A stretch of DNA of 64,000 bases from contig JBAYJV010000002.1 in the NCBI GenBank assembly GCA_041664925.1, positions 200,302-264,301 on the forward strand. Reading direction: 5' to 3'. The translations under genes were made by a program, and so were the position numbers. The notes beneath the pieces were generated by a model, which was not told where the DNA came from, ran no database searches, and saw nothing but the letters and a program-made list of their open reading frames with translations. Within the stretch, counting starts at the first letter, position 1, and each line of letters starts with the position of its first letter. Shown here one piece after another: positions 49,288 through 58,551 of this stretch. This DNA is from Minisyncoccota bacterium (GTDB lineage: Bacteria > Patescibacteriota > Minisyncoccia > JBAYJV01).

Positions 49288-50451
49288 ATGAAAGTTTATT
49301 TTGATAATGCTGCGACCACCAAAGTTGATTCAAGGGTTTTTGAGGCAATGAAGCCCTATTTTTCTGATATTTACGGTAACGCTTCAAGTCTTCATGGTTT
49401 TGGCTTGTCGGCAAAACAAGCGCTTGAAGAAGCAAGAGAAGTGATTGCTCGAAAAATTAACGCCAGACATAATGAAATCATTTTTACATCGGGCGCGACC
49501 GAGGCTGATAATTTGGCAATCCGAGGAGTGGCTTATAAAAATAACCACTTAGGCAATCATATCATTACTACAAAAATAGAACATCCGGCCGTATTGGAGA
49601 GTTGTCGTTTTCTTGAAACCCAAGGTTTTAAAATAACATATTTATCAGTTGATCGAGAAGGGTTCGTTAATTTAGAAGAATTAAAGAGGTCGCTTGGCGA
49701 GAAAACTATTTTAGTGTCAATTATTTTTGCTAATAATGAAATTGGAATAATTCAGCCAATAAAAGAAATTGGCAAGATTATAAAAAATTGGAACGAAAAA
49801 CACAATTCTAAAATCATTTTTCATTCAGATGCAGTTCAGGCATTTACCAAAATAGACATCAATGTTAATGATTTGAATCTCGACTTACTCTCAATTTCTT
49901 CTCATAAGATTTATGGCCCCAAAGGGATTGGCGCGCTCTATGTGAAAGAGGGAACAAAGATTGAAAAAATTGCTCATGGCGGTCATCACGAGTATAATTT
50001 AAGACCGGGAACAGAAAATGTGACTAGTGCAGTCGGCTTTGCTAAAGCATTAGAATTATTTAATCCAAAAAACTACGAAGCAGTAAAATCTTTAAGAGCT
50101 TACCTAATTAAAGAAGTATTGAAAAATATTCCTGACTCGTACTTGAATGGACCGCTGGCCGAAAATGTTCTTCCTAATATTGCCAATTTTATTTTTAAGG
50201 GTGCTGAAGGCGAAGCAATAATGCTTTTACTTGATAAAGAAGGCATCGCTGTTTCCACAGGATCAGCTTGCGCATCACACTCGCTTGAACCAAGCTATGT
50301 CCTTTTGGCGCTTGGTGTTCCTAAAGAAGAAGCTCACGGATCTATTCGTGTTTCTCTTGGCCTAGAAAATAAAAAAGAAGAAGTTGATTATACAGTAAAA
50401 GTTTTTAAGAAAGTGATAAAGAGGCTCAGGGATATCAATCCTCTAAGGTAA
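49288..50451 (+). CDS. iscS: cysteine desulfurase
   Basis: YFDNAATT, GNASSLH, FTSGATE, HSDAVQ, SSHKIYGPKG, STGSAC. Confidence 0.95.
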   Translation: MKVYFDNAATTKVDSRVFEAMKPYFSDIYGNASSLHGFGLSAKQALEEAREVIARKINARHNEIIFTSGATEADNLAIRGVAYKNNHLGNHIITTKIEHPAVLESCRFLETQGFKITYLSVDREGFVNLEELKRSLGEKTILVSIIFANNEIGIIQPIKEIGKIIKNWNEKHNSKIIFHSDAVQAFTKIDINVNDLNLDLLSISSHKIYGPKGIGALYVKEGTKIEKIAHGGHHEYNLRPGTENVTSAVGFAKALELFNPKNYEAVKSLRAYLIKEVLKNIPDSYLNGPLAENVLPNIANFIFKGAEGEAIMLLLDKEGIAVSTGSACASHSLEPSYVLLALGVPKEEAHGSIRVSLGLENKKEEVDYTVKVFKKVIKRLRDINPLR

Positions 50452-50481
50452 TTTTTAACTTTAAATTTTAAACTTTTGTTA

Positions 50482-50859
50482 ATGTACACAAATAAAGTAT
50501 TAGAACATTTCTACGACCCACATAACTATGGTCGTATGAAAAATCCCGACGGTGTCGGTGAAGTTGGCAATCCTTCTTGCGGGGATGTTTTGCGTCTTTA
50601 TATAAAAGTTAAAAATGACAAAATCATAGATATTAAATTTGAAACATTGGGATGCGCCGCCGCGATTGCAGTTTCTTCAATGACTACTGATATGGTTATG
50701 GGAAAGACATTAAACGAAGCCTTAAAAATAAAAAAGAAAGATATTGCTGATGAGTTAGGCGGACTTCCTGAAATAAAAATGCATTGTTCAAATTTAGCAG
50801 AAGAAGCATTGAAATTGGCAATTGAAGATTACCAAAAGAAAGTTAAAGATAAAAAATAA
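50482..50859 (+). CDS. iscU: Fe-S scaffold IscU/NifU
   Basis: HFYDPHNYG, GNPSCGD, GCAAAIA, LPEIKMHCS. Confidence 0.95.
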   Translation: MYTNKVLEHFYDPHNYGRMKNPDGVGEVGNPSCGDVLRLYIKVKNDKIIDIKFETLGCAAAIAVSSMTTDMVMGKTLNEALKIKKKDIADELGGLPEIKMHCSNLAEEALKLAIEDYQKKVKDKK

Positions 50860-50872
50860 AATATAAAAAATT

Positions 50873-51058
50873 ATGAAAATTAATATTGACAAAGAAAAGT
50901 GTATCGGTTGCGGGAGTTGCGAATTTAACTGTCCTGATGTTTTTGAAATAAAAGATGGTAAGGCTAATATAAAAGAAAAGGTTGACTTTGAAAAAAACAA
51001 AGATTGCATAGAATCTGCCATTCAAAATTGTCCGGTGGTCGCGATTGAAGAAGAATAA
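50873..51058 (+). CDS. single-cluster ferredoxin
   Basis: CIGCGSC...CP and C-terminal CPV.AI. Confidence 0.9.
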   Translation: MKINIDKEKCIGCGSCEFNCPDVFEIKDGKANIKEKVDFEKNKDCIESAIQNCPVVAIEEE

Positions 51059-51110
51059 AAATACTTTACAAGTATTTTTGACGGGAGAATAACTTATAAT
51101 ACATGAATTT

Positions 51111-51626
51111 ATGAACATCTATTGCAAGCTTGCTAAGCAAGCGATTGAGAATTATATCAAAAAACAAGAAATTTTAGATGTTCCCCAGAAACTGCCCGCA
51201 GAATTTAATAAGAAAGCGGGCATTTTTGTCACAATTTATAATGGAAAAGAATTACGAGGATGCATTGGAACATATCAGCCAACAAAACAAAACCTAGCAA
51301 AAGAAATTATTGACAACGCCATTTCCGCAGCAACCAATGACTGGCGATTTGGCCCAATTACAAAAGAAGAATTACCTGAACTTTCCTATGAAGTATCTGT
51401 TTTGGAAAAACCTAAACAAATAGAAGATATTGGAAAATTAGATCCAAAGAAGTTTGGCATTATTGTTCAAGGCATTAATACTAGAAAATCAGCCTTGCTT
51501 TTGCCCGATCTTGATGGTCTTGATACTATAGAAAAACAGTTATCGGCTTGCTGCCAAAAAGCTAATATTGACCCCGCGCAAGAGCAAATAGCAATTTTTA
51601 GATTTCAAACAGAAAAATACATATAA
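51111..51626 (+). CDS. amrA: AmmeMemoRadiSam system protein A (AMMECR1)
   Basis: FVT....LRGCIGT, AATNDWRF, LLLP. Confidence 0.92.
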   Translation: MNIYCKLAKQAIENYIKKQEILDVPQKLPAEFNKKAGIFVTIYNGKELRGCIGTYQPTKQNLAKEIIDNAISAATNDWRFGPITKEELPELSYEVSVLEKPKQIEDIGKLDPKKFGIIVQGINTRKSALLLPDLDGLDTIEKQLSACCQKANIDPAQEQIAIFRFQTEKYI

Positions 51627-51690
51627 AGATAAAAAGTTAAAAATAAAATATAAAAATCTTTGTATTTTATCTTTCATATTTTATACCGTT

Positions 51691-52713
51691 ATGAAAGAGG
51701 CTATCCTATATAAAAAACTCAAGAATGACCAGGTTCAATGCAACACTTGCAATCATCGTTGTGTTATAAAAGATGGCGATCACGGTGTTTGCGGTGTCAG
51801 AAAAAATGAAAAAGGCAAACTCATTTGTCTTGTTTACGGAAGAACTCCGGCTATCAATATTGATCCCGTAGAAAAGAAACCATTATTTCATTTTTTACCA
51901 GGTTCATCGGTATTATCTTTTGGAACTTTTGGTTGCAATTTTTCCTGTTCATTTTGTCAAAACTGGACCCTCTCTCAACCGCCAAAAGAAAAGTTTTTTT
52001 GGCATGATATTGATCTGGGGAAAAATGCGCTTCCTGCTAAAATTGTTTCTGAAGCAATCAAGCAAGAATGTCAAAGCATTGCTTATACTTACAATGAACC
52101 AACTGTTTTTTTAGAATATGCTTATGAAACTATGAAAATTGCTCGTGATGCAGGCATTAAAAACATTTGGGTTTCAAACGGTTATATGTCTTATGAAACA
52201 TTGGAATTTATTCTTCCTTATCTTGATGCTATTAATATTGATTTAAAGTCATTTTCTGAAAATTTTTATAATAAATTTTGCGGAGCCAAACTGGTTCCTG
52301 TTTTAGAAAATATTAAGAAAATAAAAAAGGCTGGCGTCTGGGTTGAATTAACGACACTTTTAATCCCAAATGAAAATGATTCTGAAAAAGAAATAAAAGA
52401 TATCGCCAATTTTATTTATTCTGAAGTTGGCAAAGAAACTCCTTGGCACATATCAAGGTTTTATCCGGCCTACAAAATGCTTGAGGTAAAACCAACTGAA
52501 TCAAAAACGATTGAAAAAGCGATTAAAATTGGCAAAGAAATTGGACTCAAGTATGTTTATGTTGGAAATCTTCCTGGATCTGCTTTTGAAAATACGCCCT
52601 GTCCTCACTGCCAAAAAGTCGTCATTGAAAGACTTGGTTATATCGTTCGCAGATTGGATAGAGATGGTATTTGCCCTTATTGCAAGACAAAAATTGATTT
52701 AATTTTGAAATGA
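51691..52713 (+). CDS. amrS: AmmeMemoRadiSam system radical SAM enzyme
   Basis: C..C...C N-terminus, DPVEKKPLFHF, GCNFSCSFCQNW, YTYNEP, PWHISRFYP, YVGN. Confidence 0.93.
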   Translation: MKEAILYKKLKNDQVQCNTCNHRCVIKDGDHGVCGVRKNEKGKLICLVYGRTPAINIDPVEKKPLFHFLPGSSVLSFGTFGCNFSCSFCQNWTLSQPPKEKFFWHDIDLGKNALPAKIVSEAIKQECQSIAYTYNEPTVFLEYAYETMKIARDAGIKNIWVSNGYMSYETLEFILPYLDAINIDLKSFSENFYNKFCGAKLVPVLENIKKIKKAGVWVELTTLLIPNENDSEKEIKDIANFIYSEVGKETPWHISRFYPAYKMLEVKPTESKTIEKAIKIGKEIGLKYVYVGNLPGSAFENTPCPHCQKVVIERLGYIVRRLDRDGICPYCKTKIDLILK

Positions 52714-52734
52714 TTTACAATTGCACTACAAACT

Positions 52735-53544
52735 ATGATTAAATTTGCAGCAATTTGCCCACACCCCCCAATAATCATTCCAACTATTGGCAAGTCTCAA
52801 ACCTCAAAAGCTCAAGCCACGGTTGAGGCAATGAGAAAATTGACAATCAATTTAAAGCGTATCAGGAAAACTGATAAAGTTCTTGTAATTTCCCCCCATC
52901 TGCCAATAACTTGGGATGCGTTTACTCTTTATTATGAAGACCCTTATGAAGAAACATTAAAGGGGAATTTTGGTGATTTTGGCGATCCGGATATTTCTTT
53001 TGAATTTCAAGGAGATAAAAAAACCGTCGAAGATTTGAAAATTCTTGGTGGCCCGATTTTTCCCATTATTGGTACAACGATTCGTTATCTTGATCATGGA
53101 ACTCTTGTGCCCCTTTATTATCTTTGGAGTAAAGGAGAGCATAAAACGCCACTTATTCCAATGTCATTTTGTTCGCTCCCGCTCAAAGATCATTATCGTT
53201 TTGGTCAATTTCTAGGCGAATATTTGAAACAAGATAAAAATACTTGGACTATTGTTGCTTCTGCTGATCTTTCACATAGATTGGCAAGTTTTGCTCCTGA
53301 AGGATATAGTCCTAGGGCTCAAGAATTTGATAAACTGCTCGTTGAATATATTGAAAAAAAAGATATTAAAAAGCTTTTAAATATGGATCCTGAATTAATT
53401 TCTGAGGCAGCGGAGTGCGGATTGCGTTCGATTGTTATTCTTTTGGGAATCGTCTCAACTTTCAATTGGAAAGCGAAAATTCTTTCCTACGAAGCGCCGT
53501 TTGGAGTAGGATATCTTGTTTCCGAACTAAAGCTCGGAAATTAA
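52735..53544 (+). CDS. amrB: AmmeMemoRadiSam system protein B (Memo/LigB-like)
   Basis: PHPP, ISPH, DHG..VPL, ASADLSH, ECG, SYEAPFGVGY. Confidence 0.9.
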   Translation: MIKFAAICPHPPIIIPTIGKSQTSKAQATVEAMRKLTINLKRIRKTDKVLVISPHLPITWDAFTLYYEDPYEETLKGNFGDFGDPDISFEFQGDKKTVEDLKILGGPIFPIIGTTIRYLDHGTLVPLYYLWSKGEHKTPLIPMSFCSLPLKDHYRFGQFLGEYLKQDKNTWTIVASADLSHRLASFAPEGYSPRAQEFDKLLVEYIEKKDIKKLLNMDPELISEAAECGLRSIVILLGIVSTFNWKAKILSYEAPFGVGYLVSELKLGN

Positions 53545-53600
53545 TTTTTCCGCCCTAGGCGGACCAGCCTTGGGCTGGCAATTATCAACATAATTAATGT

Positions 53601-53729
53601 TATTGAAGTCGGACTTCAATAATTTTTTATTGTCATTCTGAGTCCTTCGATTTTTTCAGGATAAACTCCGTGAAGAATCTCAGAAAATACACGAGATCCT
53701 TCCCTCGCCTACGGCGGGTCAGGATGACA
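53601..53729. repeat. composite REP-like element (GAAGTCGGACTTC + GTCATTCTGA...CAGGATGAC); direct-repeat homolog at 55766-55929
   Basis: Shared ATTTTTATTGTCATTCTGA, GAAGAATCTCAGAnAATACACnnGATCCTTC and CAGGATGACA. Confidence 0.85.
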
Positions 53730-53745
53730 GATTGTACCAAAACCA

Positions 53746-53945
53746 TTGACTTTTAATAATAACTATGATATGATGACTAAAGTTGAATTAGTTCTTTAAA
53801 ATATTTTTGTTGGCAGCACACTGTGGCCTGTAGGCTGGACTTCAAAGTCCTCAGGCCCAGTCTGCTGTCAACAAAGAGAAGGACAAAAAACCTCAACGCC
53901 TTCCGCCTCAACAAGTCGAGGTCAACGTGACAGCAGGAGGACAAT
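53746..53945 (+). promoter_or_regulatory. promoter + structured 5' leader A
   Basis: TTGACT-N17-TATGAT, GTTCTTTAAAA, hairpins; homologous to 54735-54915. Confidence 0.75.
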
Positions 53946-54656
53946 ATGTCCAAGACGAAGCAGGTAGTACGGTTCTCGGTGAAAAGAATCAATGCAGAAA
54001 AAAACATATTTTGGAAAGGTATTATTAAGTTTATACATTCAGGCCGTGGGAATCGTTGTGAATTGATTGTAATCAATGATCCTCCGCTGCCACATCTTGA
54101 TGTTACTTACATGGAAGAACGCAATGTGGTCCTACAGAGAATCATTCGGAATTTCCCGGCCGAACTTGTAAAAGACACTCTGGAATACCCATATTCGCCA
54201 ACATCCGTTATGTATGGCGACTTGAGGGTTAAAATCGATTTCACTGGATTGATCGAAGTTATTGGTTCTCTTCTAGATAGCATGATGGGGCCAGAATACG
54301 AGATAGCTTTCCTCAATTATGGAGAAGAATATGCCGACGGCAAAACTATCGACGAAACCCTTAGGCAAAAACTTCGTCGCCGAAGTTATCGGCTTTGCCA
54401 TTTGACTGCAGTTGGAGACCATAATGCATGGAAACATGAAATTTCCAGTATGGGACTAACGCCGGAAGAGGCGGCAGAAAGGATAGGAGTAAACATCGAG
54501 GGACTTGTTAGTAATAATGTCTATTTGGTTTATGTGCCAATTGGAAACTTAGACAAAGTTCTTATCGGACTCGATGAATGGGCAGCACAGAGAGGAATTT
54601 CACGTTTTAGGATTCAAGACGAACTTGTTCTTGTTGAAACAACTAAGAAAGATTAG
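53946..54656 (+). CDS. hypothetical protein (distant paralog of 54916-55707)
   Basis: AGGAGG SD; terminator AGTCCGCAGA..TCTGCGGACT-T7. Confidence 0.8.
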   Translation: MSKTKQVVRFSVKRINAEKNIFWKGIIKFIHSGRGNRCELIVINDPPLPHLDVTYMEERNVVLQRIIRNFPAELVKDTLEYPYSPTSVMYGDLRVKIDFTGLIEVIGSLLDSMMGPEYEIAFLNYGEEYADGKTIDETLRQKLRRRSYRLCHLTAVGDHNAWKHEISSMGLTPEEAAERIGVNIEGLVSNNVYLVYVPIGNLDKVLIGLDEWAAQRGISRFRIQDELVLVETTKKD

Positions 54657-54703
54657 TTCTAAGCTGAGTCCGCAGATGTAGTTCTGCGGACTTTTTTTAT
54701 TTA

Positions 54704-54726
54704 GTGTAGATGTCGGACACCTACAC
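54704..54726. repeat. quasi-palindrome GTGTAGATGTCGGACACCTACAC (exact inverted copy 55940-55962; relative near 9303-9321)
   Basis: Direct sequence comparison. Confidence 0.9.
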
Positions 54727-54734
54727 CAAATAAT

Positions 54735-54915
54735 TTGACTTTTAATAAATTTAGTATTAGGATAATGAAAGAATCGTTCTTTAAAAATTTTGTTGACAGC
54801 GCCGTGAAATTAATTTTTTGACTTTATGGCGCTGTCAACAAAGCAAGGGTAAAAAAACCTTCATCACCCTTCACCCCAGCAAGCCGGGGTTGTCGTGACA
54901 GCGAAGGAGAAGTAA
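54735..54915 (+). promoter_or_regulatory. promoter + structured 5' leader B
   Basis: TTGACT..TAGGAT, GTTCTTTAAAA, hairpins homologous to leader A. Confidence 0.75.
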
Positions 54916-55707
54916 ATGGCAAAAAAGGTCGGCAGGGATCCAGGAAGAACGGTAACTCAGAAAGTAAGGTTTCGTGTGTCAATTCTTACTAGGCCGACAC
55001 AATCTGATCCAATTCCCATTGAATGGGATGGTCAAGTTATCATTAAAAAATCTTGTGGAACACATTGTATATCAATTACCCTAGAACCAAATCCTAGCGA
55101 AATTGTTATGAAACTGGTCGCTGCAAGATTAAACCTGCTTGGCCATCTTCTTACTTCTAATTTTGAAGTCAAAAAACACGAACAAGAGTCATATTACATA
55201 ACAGGCACGTTTTATTTATCTACAAGTTTTAGGTTTTTTATTGATGCTTGTTATAGAACTTTCTGTGAAGAAATTCCTCAAACAAATAAATGGCCACATC
55301 ATTGGCTTGACTGGAACCCTCGCAATCTAAGCGTCGAGGAATTGCTTAGAAATGGATTGCCCCTCGCCAAAGATATCGAAGAAACATATCGCAAAGTAAC
55401 TTATGTTCTCTGCTTAAAAAGCTACATACAGGACAGCGCTGCTCCTCATCGCACAATTTCAAGACGGTGGAATCTTAATGCTCAGAACGATCAAGAATTG
55501 CAAGATGACCTTGGAAATGCTTTTGGAGTAAGAATAAAAAGTTATTGTAAAAGCGATGGAATAGCCTATTGTGGAGTCGAAATCCTTCCGGGAGATCCAA
55601 TGAGAATTATTCCTGAATTTTCCGGTTGGGCGTTAAGCGCAGGTTGGGATTGGGATAAGCTCCTTAAGGACAAAGAATTGATCCTTTGGAGAGTTGATCA
55701 AGAATAA
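54916..55707 (+). CDS. hypothetical protein (distant paralog of 53946-54656)
   Basis: GAAGGAG SD; terminator CCCCGTACAT..ATGTGCGGGG-A-T7. Confidence 0.8.
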   Translation: MAKKVGRDPGRTVTQKVRFRVSILTRPTQSDPIPIEWDGQVIIKKSCGTHCISITLEPNPSEIVMKLVAARLNLLGHLLTSNFEVKKHEQESYYITGTFYLSTSFRFFIDACYRTFCEEIPQTNKWPHHWLDWNPRNLSVEELLRNGLPLAKDIEETYRKVTYVLCLKSYIQDSAAPHRTISRRWNLNAQNDQELQDDLGNAFGVRIKSYCKSDGIAYCGVEILPGDPMRIIPEFSGWALSAGWDWDKLLKDKELILWRVDQE

Positions 55708-55765
55708 TCTTTAAACGTTACCCCGTACATAAGTTATGTGCGGGGATTTTTTTGTTTTAATCATA

Positions 55766-55929
55766 AATTGACAGAAGTCCGACTTCTGTCAATTTTTATT
55801 GTCATTCTGACCCTGTACTGTATGGTACAGAGGAAGAATCTCAGAGAATACACAGGATCCTTCGTTGGTTCAATGGATTCGATAGGCTCACCACAGGCAA
55901 GTTCACCACAAGTCACACTCAGGATGACA
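55766..55929. repeat. three-level nested REP-like composite
   Basis: GTCATTCTGA..CAGGATGAC element containing TGGTTCAA[TGGATTCGATAGGCTCACCACAGG]CAAGTTCACCACAAGT. Confidence 0.85.
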
Positions 55930-56124
55930 ATAAATATTTGTGTAGGTGTCCGACATCTACACAAAAATGGAAAAACCCCGCACCACATTAGGTGCGAGGT
56001 CCTCATGAAACTAATAACTCATTTTTTTAATAAAAAACTCGTTAAAGTTTCATGTGACTTGACAAACAGGTAAAATAGGAATAGAATGTTGCTAGATTAT
56101 TAATTTGACATTTTTGATACTTAT

Positions 56125-57912
56125 ATGAAGAAAATTATCACTTTTTTAAGTCTAATTGCGATTCTAGCAGGCGTCTTTTTGACAGTTGAAGCGATTAGGG
56201 GAACTATTACTACTCCTCAAAATCAAATCAACGAAGAAAGCGCTTATTCGGTTACAAGAAAAGATATCGCCCAAAAAATCACCCTAAGCGGTGAAGTCAA
56301 AGAAAGTGAAAGCCAGGCGAGCGATCAATCTTTTGATATTGCGGGAAAAATTGAAGATATCTTTGTTAAAGAAGGTGATGTTGTAAAAAAGAATGATGTT
56401 TTGGCAACTATTTCAGCCAACTCGACTCTTCTTGAAAAAGAAAGAGAATTGGCAAGAATAGCAGTTCAGCAAGCTCAAGCCAATCTTAATAAAGCCATTG
56501 CCACTCCCAGCACACAAGAAATTAAGTATTGGGATCAATCAGTTGTTGACGAAGCCAAAAATTATTTTAATCAAACTCGCGCCAATGGCGATGCAAAGAT
56601 TGCTCAAGCTCAAAATCAAGTTAATTCAATTCAAGATGAATTAAATCTTGTTAATAATACAATTGCAGGTGCTGGTCAAAATTATTCGAGCGATTCGACA
56701 TCGTTGAAATCATCAATTCAAGGAAGCTTGATTGCTAATTATTTCGTTTTAGATAAAGCCATGTGGGCTCATGATAGAATTCAGAAAATATATTTCCCAA
56801 ACAATGATCAAATTGGCCTTAGGGTAAGAGAAAAACAAACCGATGCTTTTGATAAATATTATGTAGCAAAATGGTATATGGACAATCAAATCTCAAAGAA
56901 TTTTCCAGCTCCAGATTGGGCAATCACTGACTGTTTAGAATACACAAAACAGGCTTTGGAAAAATTGTCTATCGCTTATCAAACAACCAACGAAGCTTTT
57001 AATGATGCTTTTTATGCCCCAAGATTGTTAGCAGAAGACAGAGACACTATTGATAATGCCCGAAGAGACATTACTAAAAGTTTAGCGTCAATCACAAATT
57101 CACAAGAACAATGGACTAATAGAAATGGTGTCTCCTTAGATAATTCTTCTAAAAGCGATCTTATTCAAAGAAAAACAGCTCTGGAAAATTCTCTTAGAGA
57201 TGCCACAAATAATTTAAATCAAGTTAAATCTCAGGCCCAAGAAGCGCTAAACAAAGCCGATGCGAATCTCAAGGATTCTTATATTAGAGCGTTAAAAACT
57301 AAGACTATCAATAATCCAAAAAATACAGCATCTCTTGAAACAATCTTAAAACAAGCTCAAGAAAAATATAATCAACTTTTATCAGAAAAGACTTCAACTA
57401 TTAAACTTTATGCTAATATTGACGGTATCGTGTCTGATGTTTTGACTACTAAAGGAACATGGATTCAGGCAAAATCTCCAATTATAAAAATAGGCCAAAA
57501 AGGCGGATTGACCATAGAATCCGATTTGCAAGATAAGGATGTCAATCTTTCCGATGAAGTTTCTATCAGTTCTGAAAAGTATGAAGGCATCACATGGAAG
57601 GGGATTGTGATAAATATTACTGATGGAAAAGCGACAATTAGTTTTTCTGATTGCATTAATGATGATGCCGTTTGTTCCAATAAATTGTCTTCTGGAGATG
57701 TTGTTAGTCTTGAAATAAAAATAAAGGAAAAGAAAAATGCCGTTGTGGTTCCAAAAAATTATATTATTGAAAAAGAAGGTAAATCCTTTGTTCAAACAAA
57801 ATTAGACAAAGAAATCGTTTTAAGAGAAATAAGAACAGGGATTGTTAATGGAGAATATATTGAAGCTCTTGAAGGTGTTAGTGAAGGAGATATAATTTAT
57901 CTTCAAAAATAA
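56125..57912 (+). CDS. HlyD/RND efflux adaptor-like protein with long coiled coil
   Basis: N-terminal TM, GKIEDIFVKEGDVVKKNDVLA lipoyl half, long helical region, TGIVNGEYIEALEGVSEGD. Confidence 0.85.
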   Translation: MKKIITFLSLIAILAGVFLTVEAIRGTITTPQNQINEESAYSVTRKDIAQKITLSGEVKESESQASDQSFDIAGKIEDIFVKEGDVVKKNDVLATISANSTLLEKERELARIAVQQAQANLNKAIATPSTQEIKYWDQSVVDEAKNYFNQTRANGDAKIAQAQNQVNSIQDELNLVNNTIAGAGQNYSSDSTSLKSSIQGSLIANYFVLDKAMWAHDRIQKIYFPNNDQIGLRVREKQTDAFDKYYVAKWYMDNQISKNFPAPDWAITDCLEYTKQALEKLSIAYQTTNEAFNDAFYAPRLLAEDRDTIDNARRDITKSLASITNSQEQWTNRNGVSLDNSSKSDLIQRKTALENSLRDATNNLNQVKSQAQEALNKADANLKDSYIRALKTKTINNPKNTASLETILKQAQEKYNQLLSEKTSTIKLYANIDGIVSDVLTTKGTWIQAKSPIIKIGQKGGLTIESDLQDKDVNLSDEVSISSEKYEGITWKGIVINITDGKATISFSDCINDDAVCSNKLSSGDVVSLEIKIKEKKNAVVVPKNYIIEKEGKSFVQTKLDKEIVLREIRTGIVNGEYIEALEGVSEGDIIYLQK

Positions 57913-58013
57913 ATAAAATTATTTATTAATAACTTGAAAAAATCCTGTCTCCTGTAGGCAGGATTTTTGTTTGTGTCTTGATTTAGTGTTTGAGAAAATT
58001 ATATAATATAGTT

Positions 58014-58451
58014 ATGAATCCAGAAATTACAATTAAAGATGTTTCCAAGGATCGAGTGATTTGCGTTCAAGGTGAAGTTTTTTCGGAATCAAAAGCGATG
58101 AATCTGGTTAATCAGATTTTGGTTTGGCTGATCGAAAAAGGCTTGGCGATTTCTGATCTGCCAGTTGTTGTTGTCAATAAGGATAGGAGTTTTGAAGTCG
58201 GTGTTCCCATAAAAGAAGCTCGTATTCAAGAAACAAAAGAATATAAAATCAAGCAATTAGAAGCTCATCGCATGGGTTCTTTTTTTCACAGAGAGACAGA
58301 AAAGCCGTTATCGTTGTCTGAAGATTTTCTTAAAAAACAATTGCAATATGAAGGTTTCCAAATTCTCGAACCACATCGCTATGTCTTGCATCCCAACCCT
58401 GAAAAACCAGAAATACCTTTAGTGGAAATACAGATACCGATACATAAGTAA
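58014..58451 (+). CDS. GyrI-like small-molecule-binding domain protein
   Basis: FEVGVPI, IKQLEAHRMGSFFH, RYVLHPNP...VEIQIPI. Confidence 0.7.
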   Translation: MNPEITIKDVSKDRVICVQGEVFSESKAMNLVNQILVWLIEKGLAISDLPVVVVNKDRSFEVGVPIKEARIQETKEYKIKQLEAHRMGSFFHRETEKPLSLSEDFLKKQLQYEGFQILEPHRYVLHPNPEKPEIPLVEIQIPIHK

Positions 58452-58551
58452 TGCAAATTAAAAATTTAAAGTGAAAAATGAAAAATGATTGAAGCTGCAA
58501 GAGCAGCTCTTTTTAATTGACAAAGATAGCTCTATGCTGTAAAATGTTAGA

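Noticed and set aside
55738-56073. ORFs 55738-56073 (+) and 55761-56006 (-)
   Set aside because: Translations of palindromic REP composites (VILSVT..GELACGEPIES), not credible genes.
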